DNA of 19,962 bases, from positions 1 to 19,962 of the forward strand of contig JBDGSJ010000033.1 in NCBI GenBank assembly GCA_042217585.1. Reading direction: 5' to 3'. A program made the translations under genes and the position numbers. Under the pieces are notes generated by a model. It was not told where the DNA came from, made no database searches, and saw nothing but the letters and a program-made list of their open reading frames with translations. Source of the stretch: Candidatus Nanohaloarchaea archaeon. Its GTDB lineage: Archaea > Nanohalarchaeota > Nanosalinia > Nanosalinales > Nanosalinaceae. Of this stretch, positions 7,745 through 16,581 are shown piece after piece (the first letter of the stretch is position 1; every line of letters begins with the position of its first letter).

Positions 7745-8776
7745 GTGAGGATACTTCACACGGCGGACGTCCACCTCTCGACGGACCATCCGGAGAGGAC
7801 GGAGGCTCTTGAAGAGGTCCTGAAAAAGGCGGAAAAGGAGGATGCCGACCTGCTGACAATCAGCGGGGACCTGTTCGACTCTCCTGAGGACGCAGAGAAG
7901 ATGAGGCCGCGGGTCCGGGAGCTTTTCAGCGGTAACAGCTTCCCGGTGGTTGCGATACCGGGCAACCACGACTCTGAGGTGTACAGGGATTCGAAGAACT
8001 TCGGGGAGGACATAGACGTGCTTGTTGACCAGCCCCTGGACAGTGAGGAGGTGGAGGAAGAGTCCTTCACCGGAGTTCCGTTCAGGTCGGAGATGGATGA
8101 GGAGCTTTTCTCCGCCCTTAAGCAGGACGGATCCGACGTACTGCTGCTTCACTGCACCATCGACGGTGGTTTCCACTCGGACGACTGCGGGGACGAGAAC
8201 CTGTACTTCCCGGTGGACAGGTCCACCCTGTCCGAACTGGATTACAGCTTCATCCTCGCCGGCCACATACATTCGAGGGACCGGGAGATAGCGCTGGAGA
8301 ACGGGACCTTCATCTACCCCGGCTCTCCCGTATCCGTATCATCTTCAGAGGAGGGGAAGAGACACGCGGTGCTGGTGGACACGGAGGACGAAAGTGTTTC
8401 GCCGGTGGAGCTCGACAGCTTCTACCACGACAGTTTCAGGAGGACCATAAGCCCCGGTGAGGCAGGAGAGGTCCTTGAAGAGCTCGAGAGATGGGTTTCA
8501 CGCCGCGAGGACGACAGATGCAGCCCGGAGATAGTCCTGGACGGCTTCACGGAGATGGAGGAGCAAGATTTCAGCGAGAGACTGGAGGAAGCCACCGGAG
8601 ATTTCGAGCCAGAGGACAGGACGAGGTCCGCGGCCGAGGTCATGGACCATCCTCTTTACAGGAGGTTCACGGAGAAGATGGAGTCCCGCGAGGCAGAGGA
8701 AGGTGAAAGAGCGAGGGAGCAGGTCATAGAGGTCCTCTCTGACCTGATCGTCTCGGGCGAGGTGAAGCCGGAGTGA
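7745..8776 (+). CDS. Mre11/SbcD(YhaO)-like metallophosphoesterase nuclease
   Basis: Five phosphoesterase motifs: TADVH, GDLFD, GNHD, LLH and GHIH, plus YPGSP. Shares a GTGA overlap with the downstream ATPase. Confidence 0.92.
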   Translation: MRILHTADVHLSTDHPERTEALEEVLKKAEKEDADLLTISGDLFDSPEDAEKMRPRVRELFSGNSFPVVAIPGNHDSEVYRDSKNFGEDIDVLVDQPLDSEEVEEESFTGVPFRSEMDEELFSALKQDGSDVLLLHCTIDGGFHSDDCGDENLYFPVDRSTLSELDYSFILAGHIHSRDREIALENGTFIYPGSPVSVSSSEEGKRHAVLVDTEDESVSPVELDSFYHDSFRRTISPGEAGEVLEELERWVSRREDDRCSPEIVLDGFTEMEEQDFSERLEEATGDFEPEDRTRSAAEVMDHPLYRRFTEKMESREAEEGERAREQVIEVLSDLIVSGEVKPE

Positions 8777-10752
8777 AGATAGAACAGGTATTCATACAGA
8801 GCTACGGACCCCTGAGGAAGGAGCTGGAGCTTGAAGAGGGGTTGAACGTGGTGAAGGGTCCGAACGAGTCCGGGAAAAGCCTCCTGAGCGAGGCGGTCCT
8901 CAGGCACCTCTCCGGAGAAAAACCCGGGAACGCCGCCGTGGAGGATGAACCGGCAGGTTACACGGAGGTCTCCGGCAGGGAGGACCAGAGGCTCGACGGC
9001 GAGACGGACCTGACAGACCACTACAGCCAGAACTACAGCGGCAGACTCAGACCCGAGGAGATACGGAACATCTTCGTGATAAACCGCGGGAACCTCAGTT
9101 TCCCGGAGGACGAGAGGAAATCGTTCTACAACAGCATAACCGACAAGCTGACCGGGAGAAGGACCGAGGACATCCAGAAGATAAAGAGCAAACTCCTGGA
9201 GGAGGGGAGACTGACCGAGAAAAGGAAGAACATATCCAACAAGTACAGCGACGCCAAGAAGAACAGGAAAAAAGCCGCTGAACTTCTCGAGGAACTGGAA
9301 TCATACCTGGAAGAGAGAAAAGACGCCGAGGTCTCCGAGGCCGACCTCTACAACGCCCGGGAAAGGAAGCAGGAGCTCAAGGACCTCAAGGAGAAACTGG
9401 AGAAGGCCGGGAAAGTCGAGGACCGTAAAGAGAAGATAGGGAAACTGGAGAGAAACGCGGAAAAGCTGGATGGACTGCTCGAGGAACTGGACGGGAAGCC
9501 CGATAAACAGAGCCTCGGGGAACTCGAGGACCGCATCGACGACCTGATGGACAGACAGGAGGACCTGAAGCGGCTGAGAAACAGAAAGAAGGACCTTGAA
9601 CGGTATTCCCGGGCGTCGGTCCTTTCCGCGGGAATCGGAGCCGCACTGGGAGCTGCGGGAGGTTTCTTCGCGGGAGGGATCACGGGTGCCTCGGTCGCCG
9701 GCGTGCTTGGAGGAGGACTCCCATTACTGGCCTTCCTGTACTTCAGGAGGACCGAGGACGGTGTGGCCGGAAGCATATCGGAGATAGAGGCGGAGGCCGA
9801 CCGGATCCTCTCCGAGGGAAGATCGACGGGACTGGAGTGCGACGAGATCGAGGAACTGAAGGGAAGGATAGAGGAGGTCAGGGACGAGATCAGGCAGCTG
9901 GAAAAGGAGAAGAACCGTGTCAGCGGGGTCCTGAGCGACATCACGGGGAAGGACAGGGAGGGAAGAGAGCTGGTCGAGGAATCGCTCGACAGGGCGGAGG
10001 AGATCCGGGGGGACCTGGAGGAAGTGGACGTCGATTACTCCGAGGAAAGACTGGATGAGGTCGGGGAAGAACTGGATGAAGCGGAGGAACGGGTCGAGGA
10101 GATAGACAGAGAACTTGAGGACCACAGGAGGAGACTTGACGAGTTCCAGAGGGAGGCCCAGGAGATCGATTTCAGGCCCTTCACCGGAGAGAAGTTCGAC
10201 TTCCAGCTGAAAACCGTGGAGGACCTGGAGGAACTGGCCGGGATGCTGGAGGAACTGGTCGATGAGATAGAATCCGATGCGGAGGCGGGAAGGACCGCGA
10301 TCGAGGTGTTCGGCGAGATACAGCAGGAGGAGAAGCAGGAGACCGCGGAGCTCTTCGAGAGCGGAAGCAGAGCCTCCGAGATATTCGCGGAGGTAACTGA
10401 TGACCGTTACACCGGGGTGAGCTACGACAGGGAGGAAAACGAGATCAGGGTGAAGAGGTCCACCGGAGAGGAACTTCCGCCGGAGAAGCTGAGCGAGGGC
10501 ACGAGGGACCAGCTCTACCTGTCCATAAGGGTGGCTCTGGGCGAGGAGCTACTACAGGAGCCCGGTTTCTTCCTGATGGACGACGCGCTGATAACTTCCG
10601 ACCGGGAAAGGCTCCGGAGACAGGCAGAGATGCTTGAGGAACTGGCGGATCAGGGATGGCAGGTGATCTACCTGACCTCGAAGGAGGACGCGGTCGAGGA
10701 ACTCTCCGAAAGGTCCGGGAATGAGGTGAAGGAACTTCCGCCGCTGGAATAA
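8773..10752 (+). CDS. Rad50/SbcC-like (YhaN/SbcE-type) SMC-family ATPase with a central membrane hairpin
   Basis: N-terminal Walker A GPNESGKS, long coiled coils, C-terminal signature LSEGTRDQLYLSIR and Walker B FLMDD. Central hydrophobic Gly-rich segment and no CxxC. Confidence 0.9.
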   Translation: MKIEQVFIQSYGPLRKELELEEGLNVVKGPNESGKSLLSEAVLRHLSGEKPGNAAVEDEPAGYTEVSGREDQRLDGETDLTDHYSQNYSGRLRPEEIRNIFVINRGNLSFPEDERKSFYNSITDKLTGRRTEDIQKIKSKLLEEGRLTEKRKNISNKYSDAKKNRKKAAELLEELESYLEERKDAEVSEADLYNARERKQELKDLKEKLEKAGKVEDRKEKIGKLERNAEKLDGLLEELDGKPDKQSLGELEDRIDDLMDRQEDLKRLRNRKKDLERYSRASVLSAGIGAALGAAGGFFAGGITGASVAGVLGGGLPLLAFLYFRRTEDGVAGSISEIEAEADRILSEGRSTGLECDEIEELKGRIEEVRDEIRQLEKEKNRVSGVLSDITGKDREGRELVEESLDRAEEIRGDLEEVDVDYSEERLDEVGEELDEAEERVEEIDRELEDHRRRLDEFQREAQEIDFRPFTGEKFDFQLKTVEDLEELAGMLEELVDEIESDAEAGRTAIEVFGEIQQEEKQETAELFESGSRASEIFAEVTDDRYTGVSYDREENEIRVKRSTGEELPPEKLSEGTRDQLYLSIRVALGEELLQEPGFFLMDDALITSDRERLRRQAEMLEELADQGWQVIYLTSKEDAVEELSERSGNEVKELPPLE

Positions 10753-10784
10753 GAGTTATATTCACGGACCAGTAACAGCTCTGC

Positions 10785-11774
10785 ATGTCAGGACCGGCGA
10801 TAACGAGCCTTGAGGATGTCGAAAAGTACATCGAGGGCGAGCTTGAGGACCAGGACGGTGTCGAGGTCGCCCGCGAACTTCTTGTAAACAGGTACTCGGA
10901 GGAGGCGGAGCAGTTCTTCACCGATCTCCAGGAGGAGATCGACAGGGACCTGGAGCATCTCCGTGATGCGGCGGGGGCGCTGGACCCTGAGCTCGGGACC
11001 GGAGAGGAACGTGACGTAGATTCCGAGGGAGAGCCTGTCGGAGACGGAGGTCCGGCCCTGAGGCAGCTTGACCCGGAGGAGAGGATGGAGCTACAGGCGG
11101 AGTACCTGGAGGAGAACGGGAACGTTTCGATAAATGAGGCCGCGGAGGAGCTGTACGGTATAGACGACCTGGGGCAGTCAGAGCGGCAGATGATCTGGAA
11201 CGCGTTTGAGGAAAACCCCGATGTGGGAAAGGAGAAGGATGGAAACGCGAACGTCTACTTCCTGGACGACGAGCAGTACCGGTTCGAGGACGGAAAACTG
11301 GTCCTCGAGGAGGGGGAGACAGAGTACGAGATACCGGTGGAGTTCCACGACGACCTGCATTTCCAGTTCGAGACCTTCGCCCACCTTCTCGGCGTCTCAA
11401 GGCCGGAAGGCGGTGAACTCGTGGACCGGGAGAAGGGCGACTACCTCGCGCGTCCGTACTTCCAGGCCCTGTCGGAGCTCCAGGAGAAAGGCGTCGCGGT
11501 CGGCGGGGAGGACTGGAGCGAGGCGACCGACGACCTCGAACTCGCGGTGGACGTTCCCGAGGAGCTGAGGAAAGAGGTCAGCCTCCGGGTCAGGGACCAC
11601 TACGCTGATCTCTCGGAGACCTACGAGGGCAAGGTCATCGGGAGGGAGGACGGCGAGTACCGTGTGATGTACGGAGACAGCCAGACCGCGATGATAGGTG
11701 ATTACGACGAAGAGCCTCAGCTGGGCGATACCGTGGAGTTCCGGCTGGAGAACGGCGGGAGGATACTCTCCTGA
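10785..11774 (+). CDS. Hypothetical acidic protein with possible winged-helix and C-terminal OB/S1-like regions
   Basis: 329-aa ORF with TTATAT about 28 nt upstream. YLEENGNVSINEAAEELY...KEKDGNANVYFL is wHTH-like, and YEGKVIGREDGEYRV...LGDTVEFRL is S1-like. Confidence 0.7.
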   Translation: MSGPAITSLEDVEKYIEGELEDQDGVEVARELLVNRYSEEAEQFFTDLQEEIDRDLEHLRDAAGALDPELGTGEERDVDSEGEPVGDGGPALRQLDPEERMELQAEYLEENGNVSINEAAEELYGIDDLGQSERQMIWNAFEENPDVGKEKDGNANVYFLDDEQYRFEDGKLVLEEGETEYEIPVEFHDDLHFQFETFAHLLGVSRPEGGELVDREKGDYLARPYFQALSELQEKGVAVGGEDWSEATDDLELAVDVPEELRKEVSLRVRDHYADLSETYEGKVIGREDGEYRVMYGDSQTAMIGDYDEEPQLGDTVEFRLENGGRILS

Positions 11775-11826
11775 GCCCCTTTACCGGGCCGCCGGATTTA
11801 TTTACCTTGAGGGAGCATTTTCACAC

Positions 11827-12006
11827 ATGTTCGATGAGGAGGAAAAGGAGATAATCGGGGAACTCCTGGATGAGAACAGCGACGGCCTCGAGAGACTGGC
11901 CGAGGAAGAACCTGCGAAGGAGGAAAGAAGCAGGTTTACCGCTCTCAAGAACCGGATCAAGTCGTGGTTCTCCTCGGAGGAGAAGGTAGGCAGGATCACT
12001 GCATAG
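11827..12006 (+). CDS. 59-aa acidic peptide, candidate antitoxin/partner of the convergent Fic/Doc gene
   Basis: ATG 11827 lies 30 nt after ATTTATTTA (11796-11804). MFDEEEKEIIGELLDENSDGLERLAEEE...LKNRIKSWF resembles the peptide at 16978-17106. Confidence 0.65.
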   Translation: MFDEEEKEIIGELLDENSDGLERLAEEEPAKEERSRFTALKNRIKSWFSSEEKVGRITA

Positions 12007-12535
12007 AGCTGATCTTCTCGAGCTCGCCGCCCAGGACCTCCAGAAGATACCCGTAAAGGTCCTCCTGGTCGATTCTGCGGGTCGCAGCGCGGGAAAGCTT
12101 CCTTGTTAGCGCCTTGTCCAGTATAGGATAGACTGCCTGGTCTCTCTGGATCAGCTGGGCCTTCACGAAGAAAAGCGCACCTGAAAGATACGCGGTCCTC
12201 TTGTTCCCCTCGTAGAACGCCTGGTTCTCGGCGATGTGGTACATGATGATGGAGGAGAGCCAGAGCGCGTCGCTGTTTTCTCCGCAGATATGCGGGAGCT
12301 TGGTGTAGACGAGGGTCTCCAGTATCCCCTCGTTGCCGACCTCGTGGTAATCCTCCTCCCGTGAGAACTCCAGCTCGGGACTGTGACCGACCTCTATCTG
12401 GACCGGTTCCTCCTCACCCAGCGAGACCTCTTCCTCGAAGGATCCCGGCTCCGTGACCAGCCTGTTCAGCTTGACTATATCTTCCGGCGTCAGTATCTCC
12501 TCCACCTCACCGCAGTCCACGGAGACCTCTCCCAT
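11996..12535 (-). CDS. Fic/Doc-family protein with variant motif QAFYEGNKRTA
   Basis: IMYHIAENQAFYEGNKRTAYL matches the Doc-type HxFxD/EGNKRTA motif with His replaced by Gln. The N-terminal LTPEDIVKLN is also Doc-like. Confidence 0.85.
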   Translation of the reverse strand: MGEVSVDCGEVEEILTPEDIVKLNRLVTEPGSFEEEVSLGEEEPVQIEVGHSPELEFSREEDYHEVGNEGILETLVYTKLPHICGENSDALWLSSIIMYHIAENQAFYEGNKRTAYLSGALFFVKAQLIQRDQAVYPILDKALTRKLSRAATRRIDQEDLYGYLLEVLGGELEKISSMQ

Positions 12536-12650
12536 GTGTCAACTGAAGTTCCGGACCGTTAACAAATCACCGGTGTGTACTACCCGGTACACCAGACCGA
12601 AAGAAAACGGACAGAACCCCATAACAGGATGTGAAAGGAGGTCGATCACC

Positions 12651-13652
12651 ATCACACTGGAGGAACTGCTGGAAGTGGACAACGAACTGCCAAGGATAAT
12701 GCTCGAATACGAGAGGACCTCGGAGGCTCTCGCGGAGGAGGACCTGACAGCCGGAGAGTTCGCCGAGATGATAAGAGAAGCCGCCGGTGAAAACCTGTAC
12801 AACCCCGGGACCGGCAGCCTCACCCGGGCAGGAGGGATCGCCGGACTCGAGAAGACCGGAGAGGGAGGCGAGATCACTCTCAGGGCCGAGCTCAGGGACC
12901 GGAGGGAGCACCACTACAGCCCGAGGGAACTGGTCATAGACTACTCCTCGGGCGAGATACTGGAGGGCGAGGACCTGATCGAGGAACTGGAGGAAGCCTC
13001 AGTCGAGAGCTCCTTCCTTCCCGGCGAGATAAGACTGGACGCCGAGGTCGGCGACGGAGCCCGGAAGATCTGCGGTCTGTTCGATGAGGACCTGGACGAG
13101 ATGCTTGAGAACGGCGCGGTCCGGGTGGAGGGCGAGATCCGGGACGCGGAGCTCGCATGGGCGAAGAGGACCGTGAAGAAGACCCACGCACCCACGAGAT
13201 GGAAGAAGATGAGCAACAGCATCGGGAGCTACTACGGGAAGGAACCGGCGGAGATCGCGGAAGAGGTCCGCGGAAGAAGGCTGGAACTGGACCCAGGCTC
13301 GATCGGGACCGGCAGCCCGGTGAGGTACGTCCTGGGCGACGAAGAATGCAGGGGCTGTGGGAGAAAGATGAACGACCTCCCGGATTACCTGAACACCGGA
13401 TTCCGGCTCAGATCGGTCAACGGTTTTGAGAACCCCGAGATGCGAATGGAAGGTGAAAAGACGGGCGGTAAACAGGTCGGGCTGGACGTGGAGCTGGAGG
13501 ACACGGACAGGTACGTCTGCGTGGACCTTGACCTCTCATTCGCCGGCAGCCTCGCCAACAGCTTTGAGTTCGACGTCCTGAAGATGGCGGGCGATACCGG
13601 TTTCAGGGAGCACGCCGGGGAACCGGACTACATGCCGGTGGAGAGGACCTAG
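12651..13652 (+). CDS. Hypothetical acidic protein; start uncertain (ATC 12651 or ATG 12699)
   Basis: Long acidic ORF with one CxxC (CRGC). The track start at 12453 overlaps the divergent Fic gene. Strong SD-like GGAGGT at 12637-12642. Confidence 0.7.
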   Translation: MTLEELLEVDNELPRIMLEYERTSEALAEEDLTAGEFAEMIREAAGENLYNPGTGSLTRAGGIAGLEKTGEGGEITLRAELRDRREHHYSPRELVIDYSSGEILEGEDLIEELEEASVESSFLPGEIRLDAEVGDGARKICGLFDEDLDEMLENGAVRVEGEIRDAELAWAKRTVKKTHAPTRWKKMSNSIGSYYGKEPAEIAEEVRGRRLELDPGSIGTGSPVRYVLGDEECRGCGRKMNDLPDYLNTGFRLRSVNGFENPEMRMEGEKTGGKQVGLDVELEDTDRYVCVDLDLSFAGSLANSFEFDVLKMAGDTGFREHAGEPDYMPVERT

Positions 13653-13954
13653 ATCTTCTCCAAATCCTTCTTCTTCATCACGTGCCTGGCGAACAGGAAG
13701 ACCAGGGCGGCGATGATGACGAAATCCAGCAGGACGCTGAGGAAGTGGCCGATCCGTAACTCGACGCTCATGACGGTCAGGGTCGCCTCCCTCCACGCAC
13801 CGCCCGGCAGGAAGACACCGACAACCGGCATTATCAGGTCGTTGACCGTGGCGGTCACGAGGTCCTTGGCGGCCTGTCCTATCACGAATGCGACCGCAAG
13901 ACCCATCACCCCGTAGTTCTGGAGGAACTCCAGGAAATCATCGACGAACCTCAT
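13649..13954 (-). CDS. mscL: Large-conductance mechanosensitive channel (MscL family), short form
   Basis: FLEFLQNYGVMGLAVAFVIG, LVTATVNDLIMP and IGHFLSVLLDFVIIA are MscL S1/TM1/TM2 motifs. 101 aa from ATG 13954. Confidence 0.9.
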   Translation of the reverse strand: MRFVDDFLEFLQNYGVMGLAVAFVIGQAAKDLVTATVNDLIMPVVGVFLPGGAWREATLTVMSVELRIGHFLSVLLDFVIIAALVFLFARHVMKKKDLEKI

Positions 13955-14038
13955 AGAAGGAATTTCCCGTGGGATACTGAGGAATCTGTGGGAGGATCCA
14001 TCGAAAAGAATGTGTTCATCGACACGCAAACACTGAAC

Positions 14039-15064
14039 GTGAAACTTTACGAGGCCGTGAAGGACCTGGAACTGAAGATCACAGAGTTCGATACCAGACA
14101 GAAGGAGAAAAACGTCTCGAAGGACTTCACCCGGAGGACGACCGTGGTTGAGGTGTCGGGAAACGGTCACACGGGAAGGGGAGAGGACGTCATATACGAG
14201 AACGAGAAGCACATCTACCCGGAGATGGAGATCGAGGGAAGCTACAGCTTCGACGGTTTCTCGAGGTCCCTGGAGGAGAAGAGGCTCTTCCCCGGGGAGA
14301 TGGAGGCCGATGAAACGCAGCGGAACTACCGTCGATGGGCGGTGGAGAGCGCCGTGCTGGACCTCGCGCTGAAGCAGAACGGTGAGGACCTGGGATCGGT
14401 CCTCGGCATGGATTACAGCCCGGTGAGGTTCGTGGCGTCGCCCGGGATGGACGGGAAGCAGATCGAGCTACTGGAGGAGTTCACCAGCCGTGAACCCGGC
14501 GTCGAGTTCAAGCTGGACGTCTCCGGATCATGGGACGGGGAATTCGTGGAGAAGCTGAGGGAGATGGACAGGGTCCGCGTGGTCGACTTCAAGGCGCACT
14601 ACGAGAAGGACATAGGCCAGCCCCCGGCGGACCCGGAACTCTACAGCACCGTGGTCTCAGGACTCCCCGACGCCATACTCGAGGACCCGATGATAGACGG
14701 GAACACGGAGGAGGTCTTCCGGGGGGAAGAGGACAGGGTGACCTGGGATGAACCCGTGAAGGGCGTGGAATCGGTCAGGGAACTGCCGTTCACACCTGAG
14801 GTCCTCAACATGAAGCCCTCAAGGTTCGGGACCGTGAGATCTTTCCTGGAGACCGTCGAGTACTGCAGGAAGAAAGGCATCAGGATGTACGGCGGGGGAC
14901 AGTTCGAACTCGGCGTCGGCAGGAAACACATACAGGCTGTCGCCTCGATATTCTACCCGGACTCGCCGAACGACGTCGCGCCCCGGGTCTACAACCGGAG
15001 CGAACTCCCCGGGGAACTGCCTTCAAGTCCGCTGGAACTGGAGCCGGAAGACGGGATAGTGTAG
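14039..15064 (+). CDS. Enolase-superfamily (muconate cycloisomerase/mandelate racemase-like) protein of unknown substrate
   Basis: Cap-domain TTVVEVSGNGHTGRGE and AVESAVLDLALK, barrel motifs FKLD, ILEDP, WDEP and LNMKPSRFG. Start placed at in-frame GTG 14039 (MKLYEAVKDL). Confidence 0.75.
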   Translation: MKLYEAVKDLELKITEFDTRQKEKNVSKDFTRRTTVVEVSGNGHTGRGEDVIYENEKHIYPEMEIEGSYSFDGFSRSLEEKRLFPGEMEADETQRNYRRWAVESAVLDLALKQNGEDLGSVLGMDYSPVRFVASPGMDGKQIELLEEFTSREPGVEFKLDVSGSWDGEFVEKLREMDRVRVVDFKAHYEKDIGQPPADPELYSTVVSGLPDAILEDPMIDGNTEEVFRGEEDRVTWDEPVKGVESVRELPFTPEVLNMKPSRFGTVRSFLETVEYCRKKGIRMYGGGQFELGVGRKHIQAVASIFYPDSPNDVAPRVYNRSELPGELPSSPLELEPEDGIV

Positions 15065-15067
15065 ACC

Positions 15068-15712
15068 TCAGCCCCTGAAAGACCTCTCCAGCTCCCTGAA
15101 GCTCCGGAACTGCCTCGGGACATCCATATCCTGATCCGACACCATCAGCGGCTCGAGCCCCGCCCGCCGGGCCGCCACCAGGTCCTTCCGGGAATCGCCC
15201 ACGTACAGGAACTCATCGCCGCGAAGACCTGACTCCTCAACCAGCTTTTCCAGACCCGAGGGATCCGGCTTCCTCGGGACCTCCCTCGGCGTCACCACCC
15301 TGTCGAAGAAACGGTCCAGGCCCAGCATCGAAAGCTTCAGGTGGGCGGTCTCATGCGGGGAGTTCGTCACTATCCCGAGGTAAGGGCTGGTCCCCCTCAC
15401 CCGCGAGAGAAAGTTCCTCACACCGGGGAGGACCCTGATCCTGCCCTCAAGTATGTAGTGCTCGGTCTTGGCGGTGTAAAGCCAGTCAAAGACATCCCGG
15501 AACTCCTCCGGCGACCTTTCCACGCCCAGGCGGTCCAGCGCCGTGTTCTTGCCCTCGCTGTCGAGAGACCAGAAATCTATTGAGTCGTATCGTTCCGGAG
15601 GGACCTCGTCGACACCGAAGTACCGGAGAGCGGCGTTGAAGGATCTGTAGACCTCGTCCGAGTTGGTCACCAGGGTGTTATCCAGGTCGAAGATCAGTGG
15701 TCTCTGCTCCAC
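15068..15712 (-). CDS. HAD-family hydrolase (phosphoglycolate phosphatase-like)
   Basis: Motif I FDLDNTL, motif II IVTN, motif III KPDP and motif IV YVGDSRKD. Confidence 0.92.
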   Translation of the reverse strand: MEQRPLIFDLDNTLVTNSDEVYRSFNAALRYFGVDEVPPERYDSIDFWSLDSEGKNTALDRLGVERSPEEFRDVFDWLYTAKTEHYILEGRIRVLPGVRNFLSRVRGTSPYLGIVTNSPHETAHLKLSMLGLDRFFDRVVTPREVPRKPDPSGLEKLVEESGLRGDEFLYVGDSRKDLVAARRAGLEPLMVSDQDMDVPRQFRSFRELERSFRG

Positions 15713-15751
15713 ATCCTGGGTATAACCGGTGAATGTGAAATACCTCCGGGA

Positions 15752-16333
15752 TCAGAGACCATGGACCAGCAGGTAGACCAGGGCCGCGACGACAGGCATC
15801 GAAAAGTTGTCGTCCAGCTCGTAACCCCCCAGGTGCGCGGGCCAGGCCTCCACCACCATCGCCGCAAACGACATCAGGACCGCCGACCCCGGGCTCACGA
15901 AGAAACCGGCGGCGAAAGACGAGAGGACGAAGCCGGCGACCGACGCCTCCACCGTCTTGCCGTCGTTCAGCGGGTTCCGGGTCCTCCCGTAGTACCTCCC
16001 GATGAAGGCAGCGGCGCTGTCCCCGAAGGCCACCGTCGCTACTGCCGCCATCGCAGCTTCCGCGGGAAGGACCAGGACCGCGGCGATGAAACCGGCCAGC
16101 ATGAAGAGCGAGCCCTGGCCGGGAAGGGTCGGGTCCTCCCTCCCCAGCCGGTCCACGAAGAAGTCAAGGAACGGATGGTCGCCCTCCCTCGCGGCGTATG
16201 AAAGGACTATGCCGACCATGAGAAGAGCGCTGAAGACAGCGAGCGGCTGCAGGTCCAGGTAGATGACCGCGATCCCCAGAACTCCCTCTAACACATGCAC
16301 CAGTTTCCTCCGGGTTTCGAACCTCACGGCCAA
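15752..16333 (-). CDS. Dolichol/phytol (polyprenol) kinase-family membrane protein
   Basis: RKLVH, GDSAAAFIGRYYG, KTVEAS and DDNFSMP motifs of the SEC59/DGK1/VTE5 family. Confidence 0.9.
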   Translation of the reverse strand: MAVRFETRRKLVHVLEGVLGIAVIYLDLQPLAVFSALLMVGIVLSYAAREGDHPFLDFFVDRLGREDPTLPGQGSLFMLAGFIAAVLVLPAEAAMAAVATVAFGDSAAAFIGRYYGRTRNPLNDGKTVEASVAGFVLSSFAAGFFVSPGSAVLMSFAAMVVEAWPAHLGGYELDDNFSMPVVAALVYLLVHGL

Positions 16334-16358
16334 TCATGGACCGGGAGATTGAAGTCAG

Positions 16359-16538
16359 TTATTCCGGGTTGTACTCCAGGTCCAGGTCCTCGAGGTCCTC
16401 CTCGTAGCCAGGCTCCAATGATTCCAGGACTCCATCCTGCACGGTCCCGACCGGCGAATCGCCATCAAGTATGACTTCGACGCCGTACATCTCCGCGGTC
16501 CTGAGCCCGTCAAGTTCGTAGAGAGGTCCCTGCGCCAT
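16359..16538 (-). CDS. 59-aa acidic hypothetical protein (absent from the ORF track)
   Basis: Manual translation MAQGPLYELDGLRTAEMYGVEVILDGDSPVGTVQDGVLESLEPGYEEDLEDLDLEYNPE*. Host-like codons, fills the gap, with TATA-like CTTAAG about 25 nt upstream. Confidence 0.75.
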   Translation of the reverse strand: MAQGPLYELDGLRTAEMYGVEVILDGDSPVGTVQDGVLESLEPGYEEDLEDLDLEYNPE

Positions 16539-16581
16539 GGATGAAACTCTGTAACACAGGCTTAAGTATCGGGTAGCTCAG

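Noticed and set aside
7745..11774. Naming the SMC-like locus as Wadjet, Lamassu or the canonical herA-nurA-mre11-rad50 operon
   Set aside because: No JetA/B/D, LmuA/C, HerA or NurA-like genes are recognisable. The partner is an Mre11/SbcD phosphoesterase.
13347..13358. Zinc finger in the 12651-13652 protein
   Set aside because: Only one CxxC (CRGC) is present with no evident second pair, which is not enough to call a zinc-binding domain.
16333..16337. Frameshift at the start of the polyprenol kinase (out-of-frame ATG at 16337)
   Set aside because: In-frame TTG 16333 or GTG 16327 already gives a normal N-terminus before RKLVH, so no frameshift is needed.
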